Notes under the pieces: model-generated | What the model saw: the letters and a program-made list of their open reading frames with translations, nothing else | The model's database searches: none | Told to the model about the DNA's origin: nothing | NCBI GenBank assembly: GCA_014728035.1 | Contig: WJMJ01000018.1 | Span: 32,001-96,000 of the forward strand | Source of the DNA: Promethearchaeota archaeon | GTDB taxonomy: Archaea; Asgardarchaeota; Thorarchaeia; Thorarchaeales; Thorarchaeaceae | Length of the DNA stretch: 64,000 nucleotides | Direction: 5' to 3' | In this document: positions 36,792 through 46,075 of the stretch, in pieces | Position numbering within the stretch: position 1 is the stretch's first letter | Layout of the letters: every line of letters begins with the position of its first letter | Position numbers and translations under genes: made by a program

Positions 36792-38588
36792 ATGTCGAGA
36801 GTAAGAGTGTTAGATGATGCTCTAGTAACATTGATTGCGGCTGGAGAGGTTATTGAGCATCCAGCTTCAGTTGTCAAAGAACTTATCGAAAATGCCTTGG
36901 ATGCTGGAGCTACACATGTTGATGTAGAGATTCAGGCGGGTGGAATTGACAGTATCAAGGTCTCAGACAATGGTTCAGGAATTCTTTCCGAAGATGTGCC
37001 AATATGCATACTCAGACACTCAACAAGCAAAATATCAGATCGTGCAGATCTTGATTCGATAGCTACCTATGGATTTCGCGGCGAAGCACTTGCAACAATG
37101 ACTGCTGTTGCTGATGTCAAAATTGTAACCCGTCATAAAACCGAAGATATTGGTTCACAGTTGATTGCAAGAACGGGAGAGAAACCAGTAGTGCACTCTT
37201 CAAACAGGTCAGCAGGAACCTTAGTAGAAGTTACCAATCTTTTTTCCCAAGTGCCAGCCAGAAGAAAACACCTCGATAGCGAGAAAGTGGAAGGTCAACG
37301 AGTTCATGAAGTTATAATGAAACATGCAATTGTTAGGAATGATATTGGCTTTAGACTAGTCCGGGATGATATAGTCGTTCTTGATTGTCCAGAAGACCAG
37401 AGTTCGAGAGAAAGAGTTGCTTTGCTCTGGGGTAGTGATATCGCAAAGAATCTGGTTGAAGTTAATCATAGAGAAAGCGATATCAGTATCGCAGGTTTCA
37501 TCGTCCGACCTCCGGTCTCAAGAGGAAATCGGGGAAGAGAATATTTCTCGGTCTTAAAACGCCCCATTGAAGATCAGAGACTTAGTAAAGCGGTTGAAAG
37601 CGCATATTCCACTCTGTTGATGTCAAGCCGGTTTCCTATCTGTTGTTTGGATATATCTCCTCCTATATCTCATGTAGATGCAAATGTACACCCTGCAAAA
37701 AGAGAGGTACGTATTCAAAATATTGACGAACTTGTCAGCACAGTTCGACGAGCTGTGAAGCTTGCCCTTGATTTGGAAACACCACCTGAAGTGACTGATA
37801 CCCTTGATGCCTTCGTTGATGAAGATATAATGCCCTATCAGCGTGAGAGCCAATTTTCCGAATCCTCTGATAGATATGAAGAAACACTAGTAGAACAACA
37901 AAGTTTCGGAGAGATAGCTCCAGCAGCAGATATCTTACATCTAGAGGAGGTCGGAGGAGTCTTTAGAATAATTGGTCAAATTATGAAGGTATATCTACTC
38001 TTAGAATTTGATGAGGCCCTTGTAATTATAGATCAGCATGCAGCTCATGAACGTGTGCTCTATGAAAATTTGAGAAAGCAAGTCAACGAAGGGGAAACCG
38101 TTGTTCAAGAACTGTTAGAACCTATTGTGCTACATTTAGATGCTAATGATGCTGAAAGAATATTGGAACTTGCTGGTGTTCTAGAAAATATAGGATACTC
38201 TGTCAGCAGTTTTGGAGGAAATGAAATCCTCGTGTCTAGTCTTCCTGAAATTCTTGGAAAACGTGCGAATGAGGATGAGCTCATATCTTTGGTGGACAGA
38301 ATACTGGATATTGGAGAAGATGTGACGGAGAAATTTATGGATGACCTATTGCGAGTAACTGCTTGTCACTCAGCTATACGGGCAGGACAAACATTGAGCA
38401 ATAGTGAAATCCGAAAACTCCTCCTAGATTTATCGAAAACACCGAATCGGTATAACTGTGCTCACGGAAGACCAACCATCCTCCGAATCGAGAGAGAAGA
38501 ATTGGACAGAAGATTTGGAAGAATAGGAGTAGCCTATTTCAAGCGCTACAAAGCGAGACATAGAATCGAAGATGATTCTGAGTATTGA
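36792..38588 (+). CDS. mutL: DNA mismatch repair endonuclease MutL
   Basis: IAAGEVIE.PASVVKEL.EN.LDAGA, DNG.GI, TSKI, GFRGEAL and D.NVHP.K motifs; endonuclease motifs DQHAAHER..YE, ACH and C.HGRP. Confidence 0.96.
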   Translation: MSRVRVLDDALVTLIAAGEVIEHPASVVKELIENALDAGATHVDVEIQAGGIDSIKVSDNGSGILSEDVPICILRHSTSKISDRADLDSIATYGFRGEALATMTAVADVKIVTRHKTEDIGSQLIARTGEKPVVHSSNRSAGTLVEVTNLFSQVPARRKHLDSEKVEGQRVHEVIMKHAIVRNDIGFRLVRDDIVVLDCPEDQSSRERVALLWGSDIAKNLVEVNHRESDISIAGFIVRPPVSRGNRGREYFSVLKRPIEDQRLSKAVESAYSTLLMSSRFPICCLDISPPISHVDANVHPAKREVRIQNIDELVSTVRRAVKLALDLETPPEVTDTLDAFVDEDIMPYQRESQFSESSDRYEETLVEQQSFGEIAPAADILHLEEVGGVFRIIGQIMKVYLLLEFDEALVIIDQHAAHERVLYENLRKQVNEGETVVQELLEPIVLHLDANDAERILELAGVLENIGYSVSSFGGNEILVSSLPEILGKRANEDELISLVDRILDIGEDVTEKFMDDLLRVTACHSAIRAGQTLSNSEIRKLLLDLSKTPNRYNCAHGRPTILRIEREELDRRFGRIGVAYFKRYKARHRIEDDSEY

Positions 38589-38633
38589 AAATATTGAAGT
38601 AGAGAAAAGCCGCTACATTCATATTGTCAAATT

Positions 38634-39503
38634 CTAATCTTTTTCATCACTTCGTTTGTCACGTACCTTGTCCATAAATTCTCCAGTGATAACGGTAATT
38701 CCCTCCTTTTTAGCTTCCTCAACTACACCAGCAAAAACGCGCTTCAAAAATATGCGCGGCACACGTACAAGTTTAGCAGCAGCCTCCTCAGTCCATTGGA
38801 CACTTGGATCAAATCTCTTAGCAGCAAACATAATCGAATTAACATTGGTATCATGACGATCAGTTATCTGGACTTTGTAAGGTTTTTTGGCCTCTGTAAA
38901 CCAGAAATACATGTTATCTCTAAATCCATAATCAATGGGAAGTTTTGGAAATTTCTTTGCTTCCATGCCATGGATGATTGCCTCGCGATATTCATTTTTG
39001 AGAAAGATCTCGTCAACACGTAGTAGAAAGTGGTTACATTCAGGGGTTACCTCTAATGGAAAACTATCGTCCCATGTGCATTCCATTATCTGAACAGACT
39101 CTTCTACAATTTCAGGATATTGAATTCCTGTTTTCTTTTCTTTTCGCATGGAAGGAATCAAACTGAAAATACTATGCTTCATTTTCTCCTCTGTTGATTC
39201 ACCAGGCCACCCAAGCTCAACACAGCACTCCATGTACTTTTTATCATCAGGAATAAAATTCAAAGCACAAAAACCAGTTCTCCGGATATTCTCAGCTGTA
39301 TTACTTGTAGCTCTGGAAATAAACATCATCGCGTGTTCTCCTGATTCACCTGCAATGATATGTGGGAAGACAAGAGAATAAGGGCCAAGGTTAGTCATTC
39401 CTGATTCTGAAACAGTACTTACCAATACAACCGGCATTGGAAAGAAAGAACTTGTTTGATAGAAATTATCAAGTATGGGAATTGATTCAAAATCTGTTGT
39501 CAT
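38634..39503 (-). CDS. Flavin-reductase-like (split barrel) protein with C-terminal PCP_red-like helical domain
   Basis: P.PVVLVST....G..NL.PYS and T..NI..TG...LN motifs; C-terminal W..EA...L.RVP..F...V...V...A...G...IT.E.M. Confidence 0.7.
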   Translation of the reverse strand: MTTDFESIPILDNFYQTSSFFPMPVVLVSTVSESGMTNLGPYSLVFPHIIAGESGEHAMMFISRATSNTAENIRRTGFCALNFIPDDKKYMECCVELGWPGESTEEKMKHSIFSLIPSMRKEKKTGIQYPEIVEESVQIMECTWDDSFPLEVTPECNHFLLRVDEIFLKNEYREAIIHGMEAKKFPKLPIDYGFRDNMYFWFTEAKKPYKVQITDRHDTNVNSIMFAAKRFDPSVQWTEEAAAKLVRVPRIFLKRVFAGVVEEAKKEGITVITGEFMDKVRDKRSDEKD

Positions 39504-39680
39504 AGTCTTTTATGGATACATGATACCTTTTTTACTCTCTCAAAAATACAATCATTATTTATTATAATAATGATAATAGTATACCGAAGTAATGACTGTA
39601 TCATTGCGTTGTTTGATGCTTTGATAAATGTAAATAAAGAAAAATAGAATCATGAGTTATGTAATCACAAAAAAAACAAG

Positions 39681-40580
39681 ATGGTCTTAAACACCATAAT
39701 TCTCCCAAATGCTTCTGCTGAGAATGACGCAGTTCTGCTAGCTAAGAGTGTAAGAAAGAATGGCGGTAGTTTCTCTCGATTTCCAATTAAAATGTTCCAA
39801 CCAGTTTCAGATAAAGAGGTTTCATCTAAAGTTCAAAAACTCCTCAAGAATCTTGATGTGGAGATAATTCAATTTAAAATTAAGAGAGATGAGTTGAAAT
39901 TCCCTTTCATGACAGAAGCAATTGCAATGGCTGAAGCTGAAAAATACGGACTGAAAAACTCAGAGCAGATTCTATGGTTAGCGAAAAATACCGTGATCAT
40001 CAAAGAACCAATCGAATTACTACTAAAAGAAAATGAACAGCTAAGGTATAAACCTGTTCATCATTTGCTCATAGGATCACGTTATAGCGAAAACAAAGAT
40101 TCGTTTTGGGATTTGGTGTATCAAGTATGCGGAGTAGAGAAAAACAAGATATTTTCCATGAAAACCCACATCGATAATGAAGAAATCAGACCATATTTTA
40201 ATGCAGGATGTCTGGTTACAAAACCAGAAGCCGAACTATTTCAAAAATATCTGGATATCTTTCAGAGTGTGTATTTACAAGATTCATTCAAGAAATTCTA
40301 TCAAAAGAATAAACTATTCATGATATTTATCCATCAAGCTATTCTCTCTGGAACAATAATAGCAAACTTTCAGAAAGATAGGATGGTAGAATTACCACAC
40401 GTTTACAATTACCCAGTTCATTTATTCAACGAAGATAGAACGAAGAGCCGTCCTAGAATTCTGGACGACGTGGTAACCTTCCGACATGAAGGATTTTATC
40501 AAAAAGATGATTGGATGAAGAAGATGCCAGCTTCAAGCAGGTTGAAAAAATGGCTTGGTGATAATCTTATTCATGGATAA
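39681..40580 (+). CDS. Hypothetical protein, glycosyltransferase family 8-like
   Basis: L..S.R..GG, YFNAG, HQA.L and LP..YNYP motifs recall GT8-type folds; the DxD position appears degenerate (WLAKN). Confidence 0.5.
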   Translation: MVLNTIILPNASAENDAVLLAKSVRKNGGSFSRFPIKMFQPVSDKEVSSKVQKLLKNLDVEIIQFKIKRDELKFPFMTEAIAMAEAEKYGLKNSEQILWLAKNTVIIKEPIELLLKENEQLRYKPVHHLLIGSRYSENKDSFWDLVYQVCGVEKNKIFSMKTHIDNEEIRPYFNAGCLVTKPEAELFQKYLDIFQSVYLQDSFKKFYQKNKLFMIFIHQAILSGTIIANFQKDRMVELPHVYNYPVHLFNEDRTKSRPRILDDVVTFRHEGFYQKDDWMKKMPASSRLKKWLGDNLIHG

Positions 40581-40849
40581 TTTACTACATTTTCTCTCAA
40601 TTCTTGAGTAGAGAATGTTTTAGCTATAAACGACAAACCATAGAAGTTGAGTCCTGTAACACCAACTAGACTGTTTTCCTGTCTAGCAGTAAGTATTCTT
40701 TTTTGGACAAAATGTGTAAGTATGAATTTCAATGCTTGTTCAATACTGCCAAACAAAGATCCAAATTTGGTTGATAGAGAATGGTACAATATTTGAGATA
40801 AAATCAATTTCTCATCTTCAGACAAATCTGGAAAACGCATTATATCCAT
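40571..40849 (-). pseudogene. Probable truncated GNAT-family acetyltransferase fragment
   Basis: 'KF...FGS.E.A...' and 'LVGV.GL' resemble GNAT N-termini; the ORF ends before any acetyl-CoA motif and overlaps the convergent gene. Confidence 0.35.
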
Positions 40850-41008
40850 AAATCATTGAAATTCACTAGATAAATAAAATCTTGTATGGAAAAGATTGAC
40901 TAGAGAGATAACATACAAAACGTTCTTTTGAATTGGTAGTGAACCACCCGCAACCCAAAATTATTCCAATCAAACTATATGCCGAAATTTTGAAATCTGG
41001 GAGAATTT

Positions 41009-41386
41009 CTAAGAAATGTCAGGATCTTCTTGTATCTTTATTCTGACCATTTCTATTAGCTCATCAACAGATGATACACTGTTCATCTCTTCAACTGAAA
41101 TAAAATAAGAAAGGTCTCCATTCATCAGCAAAAAAGCAGAGGGAAAAGAAGGATCATCAAAGGAATGTCGATTATTGAACTCGTCTTTATGCAAAACCTC
41201 TACAGGGATGTCTAATGAATCAATGAAATTCTGCCATTCATTTCTCATACCCGTGTTGCTATATGTGACTGCACACAGATTGCACTGATAGGTATCAGGA
41301 GAAATTAGCCTATGAAAGAAATCTTTGGTCGCATTCAAGAGTCCACTATCAGCATTGTAAACGAAAATAATTTTTGAATTTGGCAT
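41009..41386 (-). CDS. Conserved hypothetical thioredoxin-like small protein
   Basis: IFVYNADSG..N...D..H..ISP.TY.CNLC..TY...W..F...L......H.DEF pattern of a widespread bacterial uncharacterised family. Confidence 0.65.
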   Translation of the reverse strand: MPNSKIIFVYNADSGLLNATKDFFHRLISPDTYQCNLCAVTYSNTGMRNEWQNFIDSLDIPVEVLHKDEFNNRHSFDDPSFPSAFLLMNGDLSYFISVEEMNSVSSVDELIEMVRIKIQEDPDIS

Positions 41387-41663
41387 GCTAAGATATAGAA
41401 ACAAATCTATTTGAATAAATGCATTCAAGAAGTTAGATATTGTAGTTTTATTGTTATAGATAGAGGTACGGTTTAATGAGATATAGTTCTAAAGTAAATG
41501 AATACCGGCGACCCAATGAGGTGAAGAACCCAGATAGTTTGCTAGAGAAAATACCAAAATATGCATCATGTGTATTTGAAATATCTGTAAGAATGGAATA
41601 TTTTCATTACAACAGGTGTAAATGGAAGCTAGAAGATAATATTTTCTTTGAGAGTTGGTAATT

Positions 41664-42641
41664 ATGGGAGTCAAACATCGAATCATGAAATCGATCATCC
41701 TAAGATTTGGAATACCTCGAATCAAGCGGATGATGGAGAAACAGAAAGCAATTCAGGATAGACCAGATGCCATCCGACCCACAGCTAACTCTCCAACAAG
41801 ATTTGAGATTCCACTTGAAATGATGAATCTTATCTCAACACGTGATGATATTGAGATGAAGCATATGTTGCCAGTACGAAGACTTCTCTCGGTTATGAAA
41901 AATATTCATCGCTCAGTTGATTCGCTTGAAGAAAACCCCATGAACCCAAAGATATCTATCACCTCAGAAGAAGTAACAAAGTTGGAAGAATATGCTCAAG
42001 GGCAAGGAGTTTCAAGTCTGGGTTATGTGAAGCTTCCTCAAAATTTGATATTTCAGAAATTTGGAGTCATCTATGAAAATGCAATCATTCTCACAATGGA
42101 AATGAGCAAGGAGAAAATAGACAAGGCTCCCAGTCAGAGTACCATGAATATGGTGTTCAAAACATACGATGAACTCGGACAAGCAGGAAACCAAATAGCG
42201 GAATATCTAAGAATTAAAGGATATGCAGCTCAGGCAGATCATCCATTAGGAGGTCTCGTATTGTTTCCACCGTTAGCACAACTAGCAGGACTTGGATGGA
42301 TTGGGAAACATGGACTACTCATAACTCCTAAATACGGACCACGTGTGCGACTAGCTGCTGTCTATACTAGCATTGCAAACCTTTCAATAAAAGAAAATAA
42401 TGAACATGATTGGATTGCTGATTACTGTGCTCTATGTGGAAGGTGTATCAAAGAATGTCCACCTCAAGCAATACTAGAGGACACAGTTGTCCATGAATCA
42501 GGACTTGTCACAAACATCAGACAACAGGAATGCTTCGAATATTTCGGGCAATATTATGGCTGTTCCATATGTGTAAAGGTGTGTCCATTTTCTAGGAGTG
42601 CCACAATGTATCAACGTTTGAAAAAAGTCACTCAACGATGA
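41664..42641 (+). CDS. QueG/reductive-dehalogenase-like cobalamin, 2x[4Fe-4S] protein
   Basis: A..AGLG.IGK.GLLITP.YGPRVRL..V.T followed by CxxCxxCxxxCP and C(x10)CxxCxxxCP. Confidence 0.78.
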   Translation: MGVKHRIMKSIILRFGIPRIKRMMEKQKAIQDRPDAIRPTANSPTRFEIPLEMMNLISTRDDIEMKHMLPVRRLLSVMKNIHRSVDSLEENPMNPKISITSEEVTKLEEYAQGQGVSSLGYVKLPQNLIFQKFGVIYENAIILTMEMSKEKIDKAPSQSTMNMVFKTYDELGQAGNQIAEYLRIKGYAAQADHPLGGLVLFPPLAQLAGLGWIGKHGLLITPKYGPRVRLAAVYTSIANLSIKENNEHDWIADYCALCGRCIKECPPQAILEDTVVHESGLVTNIRQQECFEYFGQYYGCSICVKVCPFSRSATMYQRLKKVTQR

Positions 42642-42760
42642 GTCTATGGCTAGCTCTAATTTTAAATCACAGCCTATCGAAAGGATAAATCTTGATTAGA
42701 GTTGAGTTTGGGAAGATTCGTAATTAACACGCACTCGTAAAATCGAAGAGATGCTGCATT

Positions 42761-43057
42761 ATGAAATCAATTTGTGATCTATGTGGTAGAAACCACAATG
42801 CAGATAGCATGTGGAAGAAGAAAGATGAACAATACTGTGTTCATTGTGCCGCACTGCAAGTGCTCAAGATTCAGTACAATCTTATTCCTCATGAAGCACA
42901 CGAAGAGATTGCCCGGATAAGTGTTGAAATTGAGAGGATGATATATCGTAAACGGGATGATGAAACGTTACCTTTGATTAGGAAATGCTTGATAATGGTC
43001 AATGGTATGACAGTTCCTGAGAGCATGGCTTCTCTTGTAAACGGTTCCAAGAAGTAG
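42761..43057 (+). CDS. Small protein with N-terminal zinc finger
   Basis: CDLC...CVHC; BRE/TATA-like CGAAAGGATAAAT at about 42678. Confidence 0.55.
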   Translation: MKSICDLCGRNHNADSMWKKKDEQYCVHCAALQVLKIQYNLIPHEAHEEIARISVEIERMIYRKRDDETLPLIRKCLIMVNGMTVPESMASLVNGSKK

Positions 43058-43142
43058 TATGGAATAGTTTTTGTGAATCCATATCTAATAATTCACTAAA
43101 CTCAAATAGACCTTACCAGCAAAGAGAAATCAGTGATCTACA

Positions 43143-43454
43143 ATGAGTCAAGATTCACAATCTTTACCTGAATATCTTCCTAATTTAGTAATTTTCTCCG
43201 TACTCTTGGTCGTTGAATACTGGGCATATGTAACTCACCTTGGTAATCTAGCTTTCTCTGGTGATTATGGGCCACTAGTAGGAATACCAATGATTATAGG
43301 CCTCGTTATCATGCTATTTGTTATTCTTGGGCTCTATTCAATTAGTAAGAGTTCCGAGATGCACAAGAAATTGCTCCCAATTGCCTTGATTCTCCTTCTT
43401 GTACAGATGGTACTAATGCTGTTCGAGTATCTCATACCAGCAATAGAAGCATAA
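43143..43454 (+). CDS. Small 3-TM membrane protein
   Basis: Three hydrophobic segments in 103 aa. Confidence 0.6.
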   Translation: MSQDSQSLPEYLPNLVIFSVLLVVEYWAYVTHLGNLAFSGDYGPLVGIPMIIGLVIMLFVILGLYSISKSSEMHKKLLPIALILLLVQMVLMLFEYLIPAIEA

Positions 43455-43510
43455 TCACAAAAATAAAGAAAATACTCCCCTAAGGTTACATGGGGAGTTA
43501 TCCCACTTTT

Positions 43511-43981
43511 TTGAAGTATTACCAATGAAAGGCAGTTGGAGCCATAGTGTATCGAGGTCCAGAAATTTTGATTGTTGGTAAAGTGAAAATAAAAGACGCA
43601 CCCAGTGGCTCAAAAGATATTCCCATCCAATGGTTACTTCCTGGTGGAGGAATATTAGACTGTGATAGGTCCGAGATTGATGTAATCAAAAGAGAACTGC
43701 ATGAAGAAACAGGCTCAACGAGTTTCAGAATAGTTCAAGAACTTGATGACAAGATCTGTTTCCAATTTCCTCCAGAAATACGTGAGAGTTCAGGTTTTCT
43801 TGGACAAGAAACAATAATCTTTCTAGTGGAATATATTGGAATTGGAGATGACCTGATTCCAATTGATGATGAAATTGATAGAGTCGAATTTGTTACAAAA
43901 GAAAATCTATTTGAGAGAATATTTGTCAAAGAGATGAGAGAGTATCTTGAAGAAAGACTGTCCAATCTCATCCAAGCTTAA
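43511..43981 (+). pseudogene. NUDIX hydrolase, possibly interrupted by an in-frame TGA near the N-terminus
   Basis: W.LPGGG.......I.REL.EETG Nudix box. The upstream frame reads TTG-K-Y-Y-Q-TGA(43526)-KAVGAIV. The alternative is an intact but N-truncated CDS from GTG 43547. Confidence 0.6.
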
Positions 43982-45425
43982 TTCTGTTAGTGGCGGTTCC
44001 CAAATACAATTTTGTAAATCCTTCATGTAAGTGATGCCTCAAGTACTCAAAAGTGACGAAGTGTTTCCCTTGCTCAAATTCATCAATATTATGAGTATGT
44101 AGAAAAGTTGCAGCTTGTGATTCATACTCGATTACTCCTTCAACCATAGTCATTAGAACATCTAAGTTAGCTAGCTCACTAGCTGGTACTGAAAGAGGAT
44201 TTCCAGATAACACAACCAAATCAGCTAATTTCCCAACTTCAATACTTCCTTTGATATCTTCCTGAAAAGTGCCATATGCTGCATCAATGGTCAACAAACG
44301 AAGAGCTTGTTCTATCGCAAGCGTTTGGTCCATCATCCAATCAGTAGGAGTCAACCCGTTTACACCCATACGAGTTACTGCCATAGAAAGTATTTTTGGT
44401 ACAGAACGAATATCCATCTGATTCCAAGGATAATCAGTACTTCCAATTGCAGGTGCACCAGATTCGATGATGTCTCTCCATCTCGCAACGAGATGAGAAT
44501 TTTGTTCCAACAGCGGAAATGAACCAGCTTGATTCCAGTCAGACGTAAACCATGAGAGCTGAAATGATGGAAGAATCTGAAGACTACTAATTCTATTAAT
44601 TTGGTCATCTCGAAGATAGACTAGGTGCTCGATTCGATGACGATAGAGATCATTTGATTCACCATCCAAAACGGATTCATAAACGTCCAACACAACATCT
44701 GTGGAATTGTCTACTACACTATGGATAGCAATCTGAAAGCCCAAATCATGAGCCTCCTGCACCAAACTCTTCAATTCAGAAGCATTGAAGTAATGAATCG
44801 GTCTCACATACGAACCATCCATAAAGAGTTTCACACCACCAATCCGTAATTTTGAACTGAACTCTTGGCCGGGTTGGTATGCTTTGTACCAATCACCGAA
44901 TCGCTCAAACTGCCAGCTTAGTGGCAGATATGCATTTACATGTAACCGAAGTCTATTCTGTTGATCTAATGCTTGCAATTCGTCTAACCGGTCTTGATTA
45001 ACAAAAAGCTCAGATACACTTGTCCAACCAGATTCAAGTAAATGATTAACTACTTCGTCGATATCACCGATATCAGTCAGGTATCTATCACCAAAATCAT
45101 GAGTATGAGAGTCAATGAAACCGGGTAGTATGGTGTTTCCTCCTAAATCAAAAACTGTTGTATTTGGTCCTCTCATAGCTAGAATTTCAGTATCACCTCC
45201 GACTGCAATGATTGAACCATTATGAATCGCAATTGCTTCAGCTTGAGCAGGTGAGTTTTCCATGGTGATTACTTCTGCATTATACAGTATCATATCTGGT
45301 TCTGGAGTATCTAGTAGATTAAAAGAGAATTGTAGAAAAACAAAACCCGTTGAACCAATTAGTATTATCATAACAATTCCAATCCAGATTCTGGACCTTT
45401 CAGTACTCATTGATCTTTTCACCAT
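43968..45425 (-). CDS. Amidohydrolase (Amidohydro_3) with N-terminal membrane anchor
   Basis: N-terminal TM; DLGG.T.LPGFIDSH.H, KLF.DG, RHRIEH and GSIEVGKLADLVVL motifs. Confidence 0.88.
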   Translation of the reverse strand: MVKRSMSTERSRIWIGIVMIILIGSTGFVFLQFSFNLLDTPEPDMILYNAEVITMENSPAQAEAIAIHNGSIIAVGGDTEILAMRGPNTTVFDLGGNTILPGFIDSHTHDFGDRYLTDIGDIDEVVNHLLESGWTSVSELFVNQDRLDELQALDQQNRLRLHVNAYLPLSWQFERFGDWYKAYQPGQEFSSKLRIGGVKLFMDGSYVRPIHYFNASELKSLVQEAHDLGFQIAIHSVVDNSTDVVLDVYESVLDGESNDLYRHRIEHLVYLRDDQINRISSLQILPSFQLSWFTSDWNQAGSFPLLEQNSHLVARWRDIIESGAPAIGSTDYPWNQMDIRSVPKILSMAVTRMGVNGLTPTDWMMDQTLAIEQALRLLTIDAAYGTFQEDIKGSIEVGKLADLVVLSGNPLSVPASELANLDVLMTMVEGVIEYESQAATFLHTHNIDEFEQGKHFVTFEYLRHHLHEGFTKLYLGTATNRIKLG

Positions 45426-45546
45426 TACAACGAGCTTTCTTATTGAAAAAGCTGGGTCTGTTATTGATGCAAACTATACTATTAAAATGTAGGTTACCAA
45501 TGTAAAACGAATTAAATGGATGAAACAATCTAACCTTGAAAAAAAT

Positions 45547-45561
45547 GCGAAGGTTTTTACT
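45547..45561 (+). promoter_or_regulatory. Putative BRE+TATA promoter (leaderless-type spacing)
   Basis: GCGAAGG-TTTTTACT about 25 nt upstream of ATG 45579. Confidence 0.4.
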
Positions 45562-45578
45562 AGAAAAATACATACCAT

Positions 45579-46034
45579 ATGTATCCTAGATTGGACTTTG
45601 CTTACGCTGCCACCGAGGAGTCCGAATACATGGGCACTGTATGGTTTATCGCAAAAGAATATTTGAAACGGCTTCAGGTGGATTTTGAGGAGCATGGAAG
45701 AAAGACCTTCAGTCTCTTTCCATTTGGACAGACAAAAACAGAACAGATTGAAATTTTTCCGGGAACTCACTGGATAACCTTAACCACGCGATTGCTTGAT
45801 CTTTGTGATACACCAGACGAAGTGAAGCAAACCTTCTTTCAAACTCTTTTGAAGGCAAATGCAAAACTCGCAGAGGTCAGCTTTGGAATTGATAAGAAAG
45901 AGTGTGTGATAATTAGAAGTGCAATTCCAGTAATCGGAATTAGTTATGACTCATTCAATGCAACCTACGAGGCCCACAAAAACGGAGTCAAGTTCTTTCA
46001 GAAAAGCCTGGCACCACTTGTTGAATCAAAATAG
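45579..46034 (+). CDS. YbjN/type III chaperone-like fold protein
   Basis: W.......L...........LL.AN......FGID......I pattern typical of the YbjN/CesT-like family. Confidence 0.55.
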   Translation: MYPRLDFAYAATEESEYMGTVWFIAKEYLKRLQVDFEEHGRKTFSLFPFGQTKTEQIEIFPGTHWITLTTRLLDLCDTPDEVKQTFFQTLLKANAKLAEVSFGIDKKECVIIRSAIPVIGISYDSFNATYEAHKNGVKFFQKSLAPLVESK

Positions 46035-46037
46035 TTA

Positions 46038-46068
46038 CAAAAAGGAGAGAAGAGGGGACGAACCCCTC
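46038..46068 (-). terminator. Hairpin terminator after the 1979-aa surface protein gene
   Basis: GAGGGG-ttcgt-CCCCTC followed by TTCTCTCCTTTTT on the minus strand, between convergent genes. Confidence 0.65.
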
Positions 46069-46075
46069 AATTATG

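Noticed and set aside
41476-41725. Short ORFs 41476-41661 (+) and 41489-41725 (-)
   Set aside because: No recognisable motif; they overlap each other and the next gene start. They could be a remnant but are unsupported.
43526-43528. Selenocysteine codon
   Set aside because: The position corresponds to Arg in NUDIX proteins, not a catalytic Cys, and no SECIS was identified.
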